NCBI GenBank assembly: GCA_963841705.1
Contig: CAWJDY010000043.1
Location: 41,163-105,162, forward strand
Reading direction: 5' to 3'
DNA from: an uncultured Alphaproteobacteria bacterium
Lineage (GTDB): Bacteria > Pseudomonadota > Alphaproteobacteria > Rhizobiales > Xanthobacteraceae
Length of the DNA stretch: 64,000 nucleotides
Position 1 is the stretch's first letter. Each line of letters opens with the position of its first letter. Made by a program: the position numbers and the translations under genes. A model generated the notes under the pieces. The model saw nothing but the letters and a program-made list of their open reading frames with translations, did no database searches and was not told the DNA's origin. This document shows, piece after piece, positions 19,664 to 30,221 of the stretch.

Positions 19664-20902
19664 ATGGACCTGATTGCCGACCGCGGCCGTCGTGTTGCCA
19701 TCGAGGAGCTCAACACCAGCCGCCTGCTCGCGCATGCGAGGAAACAGGCGCAGCAGCGCCGGCTCGATGATGTCCTCATCGTCGATGTCGATGCGCATCA
19801 TTACGAGAACGAGTGCGTGGACGAGTTTCTCCCGTTCATGGAGAACGACGTTCTGCGCCAGCTCACGGTTTCCGGCCGCAGCAAGGGCCGTGGCAGCGCA
19901 ATCCCAAGCCCGGCGACGGGATTTCAGGACATGGGCGGCCGCATCACGCGCTATCCGCTGCGCGCATCGGAAAAGACGGGACGCACCCAGCTGCGCGACG
20001 TGGAGCTGGGGCAGCGCTGGATGGACGCCATGAGCGTCGATTACTCATGCCTGTTTCCGACCTTGATGCTCGCCATCGGCTTGCATCCCGATGCGCAAAT
20101 GGAGGTCGAGCTGTGCTGGGCCTACAATCGCTGGCTCACGGAAAAGGCGCTGCCGGAGGCGGGCGGGCGCTTGTACTCGATGCTCACGCTGCCGCTCTCG
20201 GACCCCGATGCCTGCATGCGGCAGATCGAGACCTTCGGCGGGCGCAAATACGTGACCGGCTTCATGATCACCTGCGTGCGCTCGCTGCCGATTCATCACA
20301 ATGCCCACATGAAGATATTCCGCGCGCTGGAAGAGCGCGGTCTGGCGCTCTCCTTTCATTCCGCCATCAACCCGACCGAGCCGGTGTTCAAGAGCCTCAA
20401 CCGTTTCGCCTCGGTGCACGGGCTGGGCTTTCCGTTCTACAACATCCTGCATGCGACCAACTGGGTCACCAACGGGCTCGGCGAGCGCTTTCCCAGGCTT
20501 CCGGTGATCTGGATCGAAGGAGGCCTGGCCTGGGTGCCGTTCCTGATGCAGCGGCTCGATCATGAATTCATGCTGCGCAGCTCCGAGTATCCGCTCCTGA
20601 AGAAGAAGCCGAGCGATTACATGCGCGACATGTACTATGCCTCCCAGCCGATGGAGGCCGAGAACATGCGGGCGCTGGAGTGCACGCTGGAGATGATCGA
20701 TGCGCAAGATCATCTGCTCTATGCCTCCGACTATCCGCACTGGGATTTCGATCTGCCGTGCCGGATCTGGGATCTGCCCTTCCTGTCGGAAAAGGCCAAG
20801 CACAAGATCCTCGGCGGCACCGCGGCGCGGCTCTTCAAGCTGCCGCCGCGCACCGCCGAGCAGAAGAAGAATCTGCAGCGCTTCGGCAATCTGGCGGCGT
20901 AA
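19664..20902 (+). CDS. amidohydrolase family protein (amidohydrolase_2 / ACMSD-like)
   Basis: 412-aa ORF. Metal-ligand pattern VDVDAHH near the N-terminus and SDYPHWDFD near the C-terminus. Confidence 0.8.
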   Translation: MDLIADRGRRVAIEELNTSRLLAHARKQAQQRRLDDVLIVDVDAHHYENECVDEFLPFMENDVLRQLTVSGRSKGRGSAIPSPATGFQDMGGRITRYPLRASEKTGRTQLRDVELGQRWMDAMSVDYSCLFPTLMLAIGLHPDAQMEVELCWAYNRWLTEKALPEAGGRLYSMLTLPLSDPDACMRQIETFGGRKYVTGFMITCVRSLPIHHNAHMKIFRALEERGLALSFHSAINPTEPVFKSLNRFASVHGLGFPFYNILHATNWVTNGLGERFPRLPVIWIEGGLAWVPFLMQRLDHEFMLRSSEYPLLKKKPSDYMRDMYYASQPMEAENMRALECTLEMIDAQDHLLYASDYPHWDFDLPCRIWDLPFLSEKAKHKILGGTAARLFKLPPRTAEQKKNLQRFGNLAA

Positions 20903-20960
20903 GTCGCCCTGAGACGAGGTGATTGCGATGGCCAAGATCGACCTGGAGTAGAGTGCATCA

Positions 20961-21629
20961 GTGCACGGCCGGAAAACGCCACTCAAGCTAGCCATTCTCA
21001 CAGCAGTCTCAGCGATTGCGTATCTCGGGCTTGCGATTCTCGGCTGGGGCGGCTTTGCCGCCTTCTTCTCGCATCCGCCTCTGATTGCGTTGACGATCGT
21101 GGCATGCCTGCTGTTCGCGATTGCGCCGTTCAGCGGCGGCAATATCAGCCCTGGCGAGCGGGAGGATCGCTCGAACCGCTGGGTGCTGCCTGTGTTCGGC
21201 GCGCTCGGGCTGCTGAGCGCGTGGCTGCCGGCCTACACGGACCGGCACGAATTCTGGACCATTGATGGCGATGGGATGCGCTGGATTGGCGTTGTCCTGT
21301 TCGCAGCCGGCGGCGCCCTGCGGATGTGGCCGGTATTCGTGCTCGGCCAGCGTTTCAGCGGCCTGGTGGCGATCCAGCCGGGGCACGAGCTCGTCACCAC
21401 CCGCGTTTACGGCGTCATCCGCCACCCCAGCTATCTCGGATTGCTCATCAGCTCATTGGGCTGGGCGCTGGCGTTCCGTTCCGGTGTGGGCGTGCTCCTT
21501 GCCGCTTGCATGTTGCCTGCGCTCCTCGCGCGCATGCGCGCCGAGGAGAACCTGCTGCGCTCCCATTTCGGCGCGCAGTACGATGCTTACCGCGCCCGCA
21601 CCTCGCGGCTGATCCCCGGCGTTTACTGA
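20961..21629 (+). CDS. isoprenylcysteine carboxyl methyltransferase (ICMT/PEMT) family membrane protein
   Basis: 222-aa multi-pass ORF ending VYGVIRHPSYLGLLISSLGWALAF...EENLLRSHFGAQYDAYRARTSRLIPGVY. Non-ATG start; exact start uncertain. Confidence 0.75.
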   Translation: MHGRKTPLKLAILTAVSAIAYLGLAILGWGGFAAFFSHPPLIALTIVACLLFAIAPFSGGNISPGEREDRSNRWVLPVFGALGLLSAWLPAYTDRHEFWTIDGDGMRWIGVVLFAAGGALRMWPVFVLGQRFSGLVAIQPGHELVTTRVYGVIRHPSYLGLLISSLGWALAFRSGVGVLLAACMLPALLARMRAEENLLRSHFGAQYDAYRARTSRLIPGVY

Positions 21630-21757
21630 GCACGGCCGATCACGCCGGACAACTTGATCGATTTTGCTGGAGTGAATTTCGCCAGCTCGACGCCTTGTCC
21701 CTGGTCTTACCTTGAGCTGTTTGCAACTAGAGCATTTCCCGCTCATGTTGATACATA

Positions 21758-22030
21758 GGTGGGTTAGTGGTACTGCGTCACAAGTTGCCCCTCGACGTCA
21801 TTCCGGGGCGCAGGAAAATCGGCCGTGCCGATTTGCCTGCGAGCCCGGAATCCATAACCCCAAGCAGTAATGTGTGCCACCGCAGCGTAACCACTTTCAT
21901 CACTGCACGGCCTGTGGTTATGGATTCCGGGCTCCGCTCGCACTCGGACGGCGCGAAGCGCCGATCCGAGCACTCGCGGCCCCGGAATGACGGGCTAGCG
22001 TAGCTTGTGACGCAGTACGGCTAACCCACC
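21758..22030. mobile_element. MITE-like non-autonomous element (273 bp) with 27-bp terminal inverted repeats; carries R3 repeat core
   Basis: Left end GGTGGGTTAGTGGTACTGCGTCACAAG. The right end is the reverse complement GGTGGGTTAGCCGTACTGCGTCACAAG (25/27 match). The interior has long hairpins and no ORF. Confidence 0.65.
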
Positions 22031-22122
22031 CTACGCAGCGATCGTGATTTAACTTCATCGAAACGCGCTCTAATGTGGACGGCACCGAGGGGCCGGTTCG
22101 CGTCCTGCTGGTAGAATGCGTC

Positions 22123-24222
22123 TCAATTCTCGAGGAAGCTTCGAAGAATCCGTGACCGGCTGGGGTGCCGCAGCTTCCGCAGGGCCTTGGCCTCGATCTG
22201 CCTGATGCGCTCGCGCGTCAGCGAGAACTGTTGGCTGACCTCTTCCAAAGTATGATCCTTGTTCATGCCGATGCCGAACCGCATCCGCAGGATGCGTTCT
22301 TCGCGCGCGGTAAGCGAGGCGAGCACGCGCGTCGTGGTCTCGCGCAATTCCGAGTGGATCGCGGCGTCAATCGGCGCAATCGCGCTCGTGTCCTCGATGA
22401 AATCACCGAGGTGCGCACCCTCCTCATCGCCCACGGGCGTCTCGATCGAGAGCGGCTCCCTTGCAAGCTTGAGAGCTTTGCGGACACTCTCCAGCGGCAT
22501 CCCGAGCTTTTCAGCAAGCTCCTCGGGCCGCGGTTCGCGGCCAATGTCGTTTAGCATCTTCCGCGACACGCGGGTTATCTTGTTGGCCACCTCGATCATG
22601 TGTATCGGGACTCGGATGGTGCGCGCCTGCTCGGCGATCGAGCGGCTCATCGCCTGGCGGATCCACCACGTCGCATAGGTTGCGAACTTGTACCCGCGGC
22701 GGTACTCGAACTTGTCGACCGCCTTCATCAGGCCGATGTTGCCTTCCTGGATCAGGTCGAGGAACTGCAGCCCGCGGTTGGTGTATTTCTTGGCGATGGA
22801 GATGACGAGGCGCAGGTTCGCTTCCACCATCTCCTTCTTCGCCTGGCGCGACTCGCGCTCGCCCTTCTGCACCATGTGCACGATCTTGCGGAACTCGCCG
22901 ATCTCGAGCCCGGTCTCGCCGGCAAGCACCTGGATGTCGTGGCGGTACTGGCGGATCTTGTCCTTCTCCCTGGCGATGAAATTCTTCCAGCCCTTGACAG
23001 CGAGCTTGGAGACGCGGTCGGGCCAGCGCGGATCGAGCTCCGAGCCCTGATAGTTGCGCAGGAACTCCTCCCGCGTCACTCCATGGCTTCCGGCAAGGCG
23101 CATGAGGCGGCCCTCACAGCCGACGAAACGCTTGTTGATGTCGTAGAGCTGGTCGACCAAAGAATCGATGCGGCTCTGATTGAGCCGCAGCGATTTCACT
23201 TCCGCGATGATGTCGTGCTTGAGCCTCTTGTAGCGGCGCTCCCGTGCAGGCGAGAGCGCGGTGCTGTTGAGCTTGAGCTCGATGTCCTGCTCCTGGAGCG
23301 GGCGCAGACGCTTGTAGGCGTCGGCCACATGATCCAAGGTTTCCAGCACCTTCGGCTTGAGCTCGGCCTCGATTGCGGCGAGCGGAGGCGAGCTCCCCAC
23401 ATCTTCGGCATCCATTTCCGATTCGCTCGGTATGCCCTCGTCCGCTTCCACCCCTTCGCTGTCGGGACGGATTGGTGCGGGCCTGAAGGGAGTCGGAGCG
23501 GGCGGTGCCGCGGGCGGTGCCGCCGTCCGTGCAAGCGGCGGCACGCCGGCAATCGGTGCAGCGGGAACTGGCTGCCCGTCTGCTGTGATAACGGCGGCGG
23601 GCACAGCCTTGCCCTGGGGACCGGCGTAGGTCTCTTCCAGATCGATGATATCCCGGAGGAGGACTTTCCCCTCATTGAGCTCGTCGCGCCAGATGATGAT
23701 GGCCTGGAAGGTGAGCGGGCTCTCGCACAGCCCGGCGATCATGACCTCGCGGCCCGCCTCGATACGCTTTGCAATCGCAATTTCCCCCGCGCGCGAAAGC
23801 AGGTCCATGGAGCCCATCTCGCGCAGATACATGCGCACCGGATCGGTGGTGCGCTCCGTCGGCTCCTTGGCATCGGACTTTGCGGGGACCGCGCGCGGAC
23901 TTTCGACCAGTTTGGCTTGCGCCTCTTCTTCCGGCTCCTCGCGCGCCTCCTCATCCTCGCTGGCGTCCTCGGTTTCGACGACATTGACGCCCATCTCGCT
24001 GAACATCGCGACGACATCCTCGATCTGCTCGGACGTGATCTTCTCGGAGGGCAATACCGAGCTGATCTGCTCATGCGTCACGTAGCCCCGCTTCCTGGCG
24101 TTGCGAACGAGCTCCTTGATCGCCGCATCTGATGCGTCGAGCGTGAGCTGGTCGAGCGGCGATGCGGGATCCTCAGGCTCCGGCACCTGCTCCTTCGGCG
24201 TGAGCTTAGTCTCGCGCGCCAT
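22123..24222 (-). CDS. rpoD: RNA polymerase sigma factor RpoD (sigma-70)
   Basis: Regions 1.1-4.2 are present ([51 protein letters not shown]), with an acidic and Pro/Ala-rich insertion. Start taken at MARETKL (24222); the ORF extends to 24282. Confidence 0.95.
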   Translation of the reverse strand: MARETKLTPKEQVPEPEDPASPLDQLTLDASDAAIKELVRNARKRGYVTHEQISSVLPSEKITSEQIEDVVAMFSEMGVNVVETEDASEDEEAREEPEEEAQAKLVESPRAVPAKSDAKEPTERTTDPVRMYLREMGSMDLLSRAGEIAIAKRIEAGREVMIAGLCESPLTFQAIIIWRDELNEGKVLLRDIIDLEETYAGPQGKAVPAAVITADGQPVPAAPIAGVPPLARTAAPPAAPPAPTPFRPAPIRPDSEGVEADEGIPSESEMDAEDVGSSPPLAAIEAELKPKVLETLDHVADAYKRLRPLQEQDIELKLNSTALSPARERRYKRLKHDIIAEVKSLRLNQSRIDSLVDQLYDINKRFVGCEGRLMRLAGSHGVTREEFLRNYQGSELDPRWPDRVSKLAVKGWKNFIAREKDKIRQYRHDIQVLAGETGLEIGEFRKIVHMVQKGERESRQAKKEMVEANLRLVISIAKKYTNRGLQFLDLIQEGNIGLMKAVDKFEYRRGYKFATYATWWIRQAMSRSIAEQARTIRVPIHMIEVANKITRVSRKMLNDIGREPRPEELAEKLGMPLESVRKALKLAREPLSIETPVGDEEGAHLGDFIEDTSAIAPIDAAIHSELRETTTRVLASLTAREERILRMRFGIGMNKDHTLEEVSQQFSLTRERIRQIEAKALRKLRHPSRSRILRSFLEN

Positions 24223-24385
24223 GATTCTCCTGGTTGCGCTGAGCAGCGCCGCATAGTCGAGCAACGCCGAAGAGTCTTTCACCGGGTCGCCACTAAAGAC
24301 ACGGCGCGTCGCCGGGCCTGTCGAACTTTCGCCTCGGGGTCCTGTCGGTTCGGTCCCCGAGATTCGTCTTATGGCACGTCTTGGC

Positions 24386-26314
24386 CTAAAAAGCTCGATC
24401 GATCTCGCCCGAGCTCAGCGCATTTGCTGCATCCATGGGCCCCGGCGATGCCCCAGTCAATCGGGCGATTTTCTTCACATGCGCGATTGCAGCCAGCGCC
24501 CCCGTCGTCCGGGTGAGGAGCTCGAGAGCCGTATCGTCGTCGTCGCGGACGGGCTGGAGTGCCTGATCCAGATAGGAGCGCGCGTTGGGATCATGCTCTA
24601 TCGCAATCTTCATCAGCAGGAGCCGCGCGGCCGTAGCTGCGAGAATCGCGTGCTTGCTCAAGGTTTCCGCGACGAGCCGCGGCCAAAAAATCCAGGGATG
24701 CTCGCGCGGCAAGCCCGGTCGGCGCTCGGAGGGACGCTTCAGACGCAGGATGCCCGCCTGGAGCGGGTGCACGTTCTCTAATCGAACCGTCGTTGCGAAA
24801 GCGACCAGTATCTTGACCAAGCTGCCCATCGGCCCGCCGCTGGCCGCCATGCGTCGGAGCAGCGTTTTCATGTGCTCCGGCGTGTAATAAAGCGACCAGG
24901 CTTCGCGGTAGATCGTCTCCCACTCGTGCTTGCTCATGTTGGGGTGAGAGGTGCAGACATGCTCGACGTCGTATTTGTTGAGGTCCGCCTCCATCGCGGC
25001 CTCCTTTTTCCAGAGGACCTGGTGATCCTCCGAGCCGGGGAGCGGCGTCAGGCAGAAAAACTCGAGGATGTCGAGCGGCAGCTCCTTCTGAATGATCGCA
25101 ATATCGCGTCTGATCGTTTGCGGCGTGTCGGCGGGAAAGCCGAGAATATACCCAGCAAGCGTGATGATGCCCTGGGCCTTCCAGGCGAGCAGCATCTTGC
25201 GGTACTCGGTGATCTTGTTCTGCCGCTTCTTTGCGCCTGCGAGATTGTCAGGATTGATGTTCTCCAACCCGATGAAGACGCGCGTAACCCCGGCCCGCTT
25301 CGCTTTCTCGATGAAATTCGGGATCTTGTGACACAAGGTGTCGACTTGGATCATGAGGCCAAGCGGAATGTCGGACCGCTCGCGCAACTCGGCCAGGCGG
25401 TCGAAGATCGCCTCCCACCCCCTGTTGCGCGCGAAATTATCATCGGTAATGAAGAATTTATGAATGCCATGAGCCCAATTGACGCGCACGAGCTGCTCGA
25501 TGTCATCCGCCGAACGGAAACGCGACTTGCGACCTTGCACGTTGATGATGGTGCAGAACGAGCATTGATAGGGACAGCCGCGACCGGCGTCGAAACTGGT
25601 ACTCAGTCCGAGCGTGCGCGCCACGTACCGCTTGGGGAGGAACGGCACGGGCGTACCCTCCAGTCCCGGCAGGTCGTGCATGAAGTTGTATTCCGCGGCA
25701 AGAACGCCCTCTGCTGCGTCGCGCAGGACGTTGTCGAGCCGGCCCTCAGCCTCGCCCGCAAACATGGCGATGCCCATCTTCCGGCAGGCGTCGAGCTCGA
25801 CCGCGCTTCCATCCAGCATCGATAGGCATCCCGAAACGTGGAAGCCGCCAATCGCAACCGGAATCCCAGCCGCCTTGAACGGTCGCGCAATGTCGAGGGC
25901 GCGAGGATATTGGTTCGACTGAACACCGACGAGAGCGACAAGGCCAAGGTTGTGATGGCGCCGGAAGCGGGCGAGCAGCGCCGGCACATCCAGCCGAGCG
26001 TTGGTCTCGTCGATGACTTCAATATCGAGGGCGACGTCTCGCCCCAGAACCTGCCGTTTGGCGCAATCGGCGGCAATCGCATAGACGGCAGCGAGCGAGT
26101 TCGAGGGGATTGTCGCGCGCCACCAACGGATCACGTATCCGTCGTCGTCGTAGTGCGACGGCTTGATCAGAACAAGCTGGAAGCATCGACTTGCCGATAG
26201 TGCGGACTGCATCCCAGGCTGCTCGCAGGACGTCAGCAGATTGGAATCCGCAGTGCCGGTCTCCGCCGTGGATTGACCGTACGCGTATGTCGGTTGTACA
26301 AGGGAACTCACCAA
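24386..26314 (-). CDS. B12-binding domain-containing radical SAM protein
   Basis: 642-aa ORF. N-terminal cobalamin-binding-like domain ([32 protein letters not shown]), CxxxCxxC cluster GCPYQCSFC, and a long C-terminal extension. Confidence 0.85.
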   Translation of the reverse strand: MVSSLVQPTYAYGQSTAETGTADSNLLTSCEQPGMQSALSASRCFQLVLIKPSHYDDDGYVIRWWRATIPSNSLAAVYAIAADCAKRQVLGRDVALDIEVIDETNARLDVPALLARFRRHHNLGLVALVGVQSNQYPRALDIARPFKAAGIPVAIGGFHVSGCLSMLDGSAVELDACRKMGIAMFAGEAEGRLDNVLRDAAEGVLAAEYNFMHDLPGLEGTPVPFLPKRYVARTLGLSTSFDAGRGCPYQCSFCTIINVQGRKSRFRSADDIEQLVRVNWAHGIHKFFITDDNFARNRGWEAIFDRLAELRERSDIPLGLMIQVDTLCHKIPNFIEKAKRAGVTRVFIGLENINPDNLAGAKKRQNKITEYRKMLLAWKAQGIITLAGYILGFPADTPQTIRRDIAIIQKELPLDILEFFCLTPLPGSEDHQVLWKKEAAMEADLNKYDVEHVCTSHPNMSKHEWETIYREAWSLYYTPEHMKTLLRRMAASGGPMGSLVKILVAFATTVRLENVHPLQAGILRLKRPSERRPGLPREHPWIFWPRLVAETLSKHAILAATAARLLLMKIAIEHDPNARSYLDQALQPVRDDDDTALELLTRTTGALAAIAHVKKIARLTGASPGPMDAANALSSGEIDRAF

Positions 26315-26439
26315 GTTTTCGGTCTGCCTTGCCTAGCTCCCCTTTGGGCCGCTCTCAAGTCATTCGCCAAAACTCGGACCTACCGATGGCGCGATACTCG
26401 CGCGATCGCCTACATGAGCGCAATCCTAAGGAGACGGAG

Positions 26440-26646
26440 ATGGCGACAGGAACCGTGAAGTGGTTCAATCCGACGAAGGGGTATGGTTTCATTCAGCCTC
26501 AGAGCGGTGGCAAGGACGTGTTCGTCCACATTTCCGCTGTCGAGCGGGCCGGACTAAGCTCCCTGAATGAGGGGCAGGTCGTCGAATACGAGGTCGTCAG
26601 CAATCGCGGGAAGGAATCGGCAGAGAAGCTCAAGGTCACCCGATAA
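26440..26646 (+). CDS. cspA: cold-shock protein (CspA family)
   Basis: MATGTVKWFNPTKGYGFIQPQSGGKDVFVHISAVERAG... with RNP1/RNP2 motifs. AAGGAGA RBS; about 125-nt leader. Confidence 0.95.
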   Translation: MATGTVKWFNPTKGYGFIQPQSGGKDVFVHISAVERAGLSSLNEGQVVEYEVVSNRGKESAEKLKVTR

Positions 26647-26768
26647 GAGGGTGACCCGGTCCACAGCATTCGCACAGAGCTGCAAGCAGCGGCTCCAACC
26701 CTGGGGCAAACAGTGCCTGCGTGGACCTTGTTTTGCGGTACGTAGCGATGCATCGTTGCTAGTCCGTA

Positions 26769-26957
26769 CTACTTCTTCTTTTTCTTCGGGTTGGCGAGGT
26801 TGTCCGCTGCGTCCCTTGCCAACCTGAGCGCCCGCAAGCGCGCAGTCTTCTCCCGGGCGGCGCGCGCCTGGGCCTGATAGTCGGCCCAGGCCTGCGCACC
26901 TTCCCGAGCGCGTTGCTCCTTTTTATCCTCTGTTTGTTTCGTCATCTGTTTCGTCAT
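26769..26957 (-). CDS. small Lys/Arg/Ala-rich hypothetical protein
   Basis: 62-aa ORF MTKQMTKQTEDKKEQRAREGAQAWADYQAQARAAREK...KKKKK. Coding is likely but the function is unknown. Confidence 0.45.
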   Translation of the reverse strand: MTKQMTKQTEDKKEQRAREGAQAWADYQAQARAAREKTARLRALRLARDAADNLANPKKKKK

Positions 26958-26993
26958 CGCAAAGGCGGCTCGTTTTCGGAATGGTTCGCAGTG

Positions 26994-28352
26994 TCACTCG
27001 AACTGCTGACTGGCCGTGACGCGCACCGGATCAGCTTGTTTCCGGCCGGTCTTTCGTCCCGCCTCGCGATACAGAAAAGCGGGAAGTCCTGTCGGAGGCT
27101 TGCGCCGTTGCTCCGCTCGATCCTGCTGGCGCGGCGCATCCTCCCGGTGCTGCGGTTTGCCGAGGGCATGAGAACGCGGCCGGGTTGGGCGGCTCTGCTG
27201 GGCCGGACGCCCGGTTTGTCGGGTCGAGGAGGAATGATCGGTCACCGGAATGGACATGCGGATCAGCTTCTCGATGTCACGCAGGAACGGCCCCTCCGCG
27301 GGCTCGCAGAGGGAGATCGCGACGCCTTTCGCGCCGGCTCGCGCCGTGCGGCCGATACGGTGCACGTAAGTCTCGGGCAGGTTGGGGAGGTCGAAATTGA
27401 CCACGTGGCTGATACCATCGACGTCGATCCCGCGCGCGGCGATATCGGTCGCGACCAGCGTGCGCACCTCGCCATTGCGAAAGCCTGCCAGTGCGCGGTT
27501 GCGCTGGCTTTGCGACTTGTTGCCGTGAATCGCTTGCGCAGCGATGCCGGCCTGGCCGAGGCTACGCACCACCCTGTCGGCCCCACGCTTGGTGCGGGTG
27601 AATACGAGGGCCCGGTCGATCGATTCCCGCCGCAGGATGTCCGCGAGCATGGCCGGCTTGGCGGCACGATCAAGGCGCAGGATGCGCTGCTCGACACCTG
27701 CGACCGTCGAGCCCTCCGGCGTCACGACGACCTTCACCGGATCGCGCAGCATCGCGCGTGCGAGCTCGGCGATGGCCTGCGGCATCGTAGCCGAAAAGAG
27801 TAGAGTCTGCCGGTCGACCGGCAGCTTCCCCACGATCTTACGGATGTCTTGGATGAAGCCCATATCGAGCATTCGATCGGCTTCATCGAGCACGAGAAAT
27901 TCCACCTCGCCGAGGCGCAGAGCATTGCCCTGCACTAGGTCGAGCAGCCGTCCCGGGGTCGCGACGAGGATGTCGAGCCCGTCACGCAACGCCCGTACCT
28001 GGCCACCCATCGGCACCCCGCCGATCACCAGCGCGGCGCTGATGCGAAGATGGCGGCCGTAAGCGCGGAAACTATCGAGAATCTGTCCGGACAGTTCGCG
28101 GGTCGGGCTGAGCACCAGCACCCGGCAGCACTTGCGCGGCATACTCCGCCTATGGGCGGAGATGTGATGCAGTATCGGCAGCGCAAATGCCGCGGTTTTG
28201 CCGGTGCCGGTCTGGGCAATACCGATCACGTCACGGCGGGAGAGAACGGTTGGGATAGTCTGCGCCTGAATCAGCGTGGGCGTGACGTATTTCTCTTCTG
28301 CAAGCGCACGTTCGATCGGGTCGGCGAGGCCAAAGTCCTGAAATGAGGTCAA
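26994..28352 (-). CDS. DEAD-box ATP-dependent RNA helicase (RhlE-like)
   Basis: Q motif FQDFGL..PTLIQ, AQTGTGKT, PTRELS, DEAD, SAT, HRIGRTARAG, and a basic C-terminal tail. Start assigned to TTG at 28352 (LTSFQDFGL). Confidence 0.9.
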   Translation of the reverse strand: MTSFQDFGLADPIERALAEEKYVTPTLIQAQTIPTVLSRRDVIGIAQTGTGKTAAFALPILHHISAHRRSMPRKCCRVLVLSPTRELSGQILDSFRAYGRHLRISAALVIGGVPMGGQVRALRDGLDILVATPGRLLDLVQGNALRLGEVEFLVLDEADRMLDMGFIQDIRKIVGKLPVDRQTLLFSATMPQAIAELARAMLRDPVKVVVTPEGSTVAGVEQRILRLDRAAKPAMLADILRRESIDRALVFTRTKRGADRVVRSLGQAGIAAQAIHGNKSQSQRNRALAGFRNGEVRTLVATDIAARGIDVDGISHVVNFDLPNLPETYVHRIGRTARAGAKGVAISLCEPAEGPFLRDIEKLIRMSIPVTDHSSSTRQTGRPAQQSRPTRPRSHALGKPQHREDAPRQQDRAEQRRKPPTGLPAFLYREAGRKTGRKQADPVRVTASQQFE

Positions 28353-28885
28353 ATGGATACAATCTTTATATGGTGCGAGATGGCACAGGTCCTGAGCGCT
28401 CTGCGCCCCCTGACCGCCATGTCGCAGGGTGGGTGAAGACACCCCCGCGTGATCTGGGTTGTCACTGATGGATGAGCAAGCCAGATACCGTTTTACGGGG
28501 ATCCGCACACGCGGCTTGCCATGACCTTATGAAGGTCGCGTCGTTCATATGGAGCATACATATGTTAATTTCAAGGCGCTTGCCTTCCGAGCCGCCAAGC
28601 TGGTCTCTCGCGCGGCCAAGCCGGTCCCCAGCCTGCTCCATTTCGGCGCGGCTTGTCCGGCATTAATGTACCCGATACGCAACAAAGTTCTTGTAGATGG
28701 AAACGAGTTCGTCCATATCTCCACCGTCGAACGCGCCTGCCCAACTGACTCAGTCGGGACGGGCGCCTGAACAGAACCACGAAAACCAACAGAACCACCG
28801 TAATATCGTCAGATCCAGTCAATCATCGAGCCCTGCCCCGGCCCCGACGGCCGCATAGCGGGCTGCAACAAAGATCGGAAAACGC

Positions 28886-29173
28886 TTGCAGGTATTCGTT
28901 CGCGAAAACAATGTCGATCAGGCTCTTAGGATTCTCAAGAAGAAGATGCAGCGCGAGGGCGTCTTTCGCGAGATGAAGCGCCGGAAAGCTTATGAAAAAC
29001 CGTCCGAGCGCAAGACCCGGGAGAAAGCAGAAGCCATCCGCCGTGCACGCAAGGCGGCCCGCAAACAGGCGCAACGCGACGGATTGATTCCAACCCCCAA
29101 GCGTCGCGAGCTCACACGCGGCGGGGTTGGACGCGGCCGCGAAGGGGGCACGGAGAGCCAAAGGAGAGCGTAA
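28886..29173 (+). CDS. rpsU: 30S ribosomal protein S21 (with extended basic C-terminus)
   Basis: (TTG)[55 protein letters not shown]... Confidence 0.9.
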   Translation: MQVFVRENNVDQALRILKKKMQREGVFREMKRRKAYEKPSERKTREKAEAIRRARKAARKQAQRDGLIPTPKRRELTRGGVGRGREGGTESQRRA

Positions 29174-29390
29174 GCTTGTTCAGGCTTTCGGTCCGAATCA
29201 GGGATGAAGCCGGTCCGTGGCACAAACAGGCGTTTCGAGAATTCTGATCGGCCCCTACGGACTGCACGCCGTGCTTGCCGTGGTACTTGCGCTGTTTCTC
29301 GGATTTCTTTGGGCCTTCAACTTCACGGCCTTCTTTTAAGCATTGGCGCGCGACCTACCGGCATTTCCAAAGACACGCCACACCCCGCGC

Positions 29391-29672
29391 TCAGAAGTCG
29401 GTACTGATCAGATCGTAAGACCCTTTCCGTCCGCGTGCATAGACCTTTGCGGCGGCGGCGTAGATCAAGTCGCGATTCGCATCGAAGGCGCTGAGAAGTC
29501 CATCCTCATTGAGCCGCATGCCAGGCTGAACGCACCGCAAAGCATCTTCGGTTATGAAAAAAACAGCTTCCAATGCGCTGTCGTGGCCCCAAAACCGCAC
29601 GGCACGTCGGGTAGCGTCATAAAAACGGCTCTTATTGGGAAAGCTGAGCGTCATCGCCGGATGATTTTCCAA
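29391..29672 (-). CDS. DUF1488 family protein
   Basis: 93-aa ORF with the LSFPNKSRFYDATRRAVRFWGHDSALEAVFFITEDAL pattern typical of DUF1488. Confidence 0.7.
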   Translation of the reverse strand: MENHPAMTLSFPNKSRFYDATRRAVRFWGHDSALEAVFFITEDALRCVQPGMRLNEDGLLSAFDANRDLIYAAAAKVYARGRKGSYDLISTDF

Positions 29673-29681
29673 AGTTGCACC

Positions 29682-29864
29682 TTACTCCGAGCTCACCGGG
29701 AAGTCGCGAGAGGTGTTAACATCTGCGTCAGGTTCGGGCTCGGCACGCTCAGCTTTGCGCTGCGCAGCCTTTTCGTCCTTTCTTCGTTGCTTTTCCTCGC
29801 TGCGCGCGCGCGCTGCCCTCTGCCGTTCAGCCCGATCTCTACCGTAGTTTGGCTTGAATGCCAT
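29682..29864 (-). CDS. small basic hypothetical protein
   Basis: MAFKPNYGRDRAERQRAARARSEEKQRRKDEKAAQRKAERAEPEPD... (60 aa). The rest of ORF 29682..30197 is judged non-coding. Confidence 0.5.
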   Translation of the reverse strand: MAFKPNYGRDRAERQRAARARSEEKQRRKDEKAAQRKAERAEPEPDADVNTSRDFPVSSE

Positions 29865-29984
29865 CGGATCCTCTTTGTGGCCGGTTGATATCATCCGAGA
29901 CAATCCATAGATATATAATCGCTGGATGTATAGCCGCTCGAATCTGCCCTTTTGGCAGCGTTCCCGAAAAGGTGATGCTCTGTT

Positions 29985-30218
29985 ATGGCTCGGAAACCGG
30001 GAACGCGTGCCAGCGCTGAATTCGTGCTGTTCGATGTCTTTTATGAGGACGGCTCGCGGCGGTCCAATCGCAAGGTGCCAAGTGCGGTGCTGGCCGGCAT
30101 AGAAGGCGAGGCCGCCGCTGCCGTCTTCCTTACCGAGCAGGACCAGGCGATTGCAACGAAGTCCGGGCTCCCCGCAGTTGCCATAAAGGCCGTACACCGC
30201 TCCGGCAGAAAGGGTTAG
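29985..30218 (+). CDS. hypothetical protein
   Basis: 77-aa ORF, compositionally protein-like, tandem with the next ORF. Confidence 0.45.
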   Translation: MARKPGTRASAEFVLFDVFYEDGSRRSNRKVPSAVLAGIEGEAAAAVFLTEQDQAIATKSGLPAVAIKAVHRSGRKG

Positions 30219-30221
30219 CTC

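Noticed and set aside
22123-24282. Absence of dnaG immediately upstream of rpoD, with a radical SAM gene there instead, as a sign of rearrangement.
   Set aside because: The dnaG-rpoD linkage is common but not universal, and nothing in the sequence (repeats, tRNA, IS ends) marks a breakpoint between 24223 and 24386.
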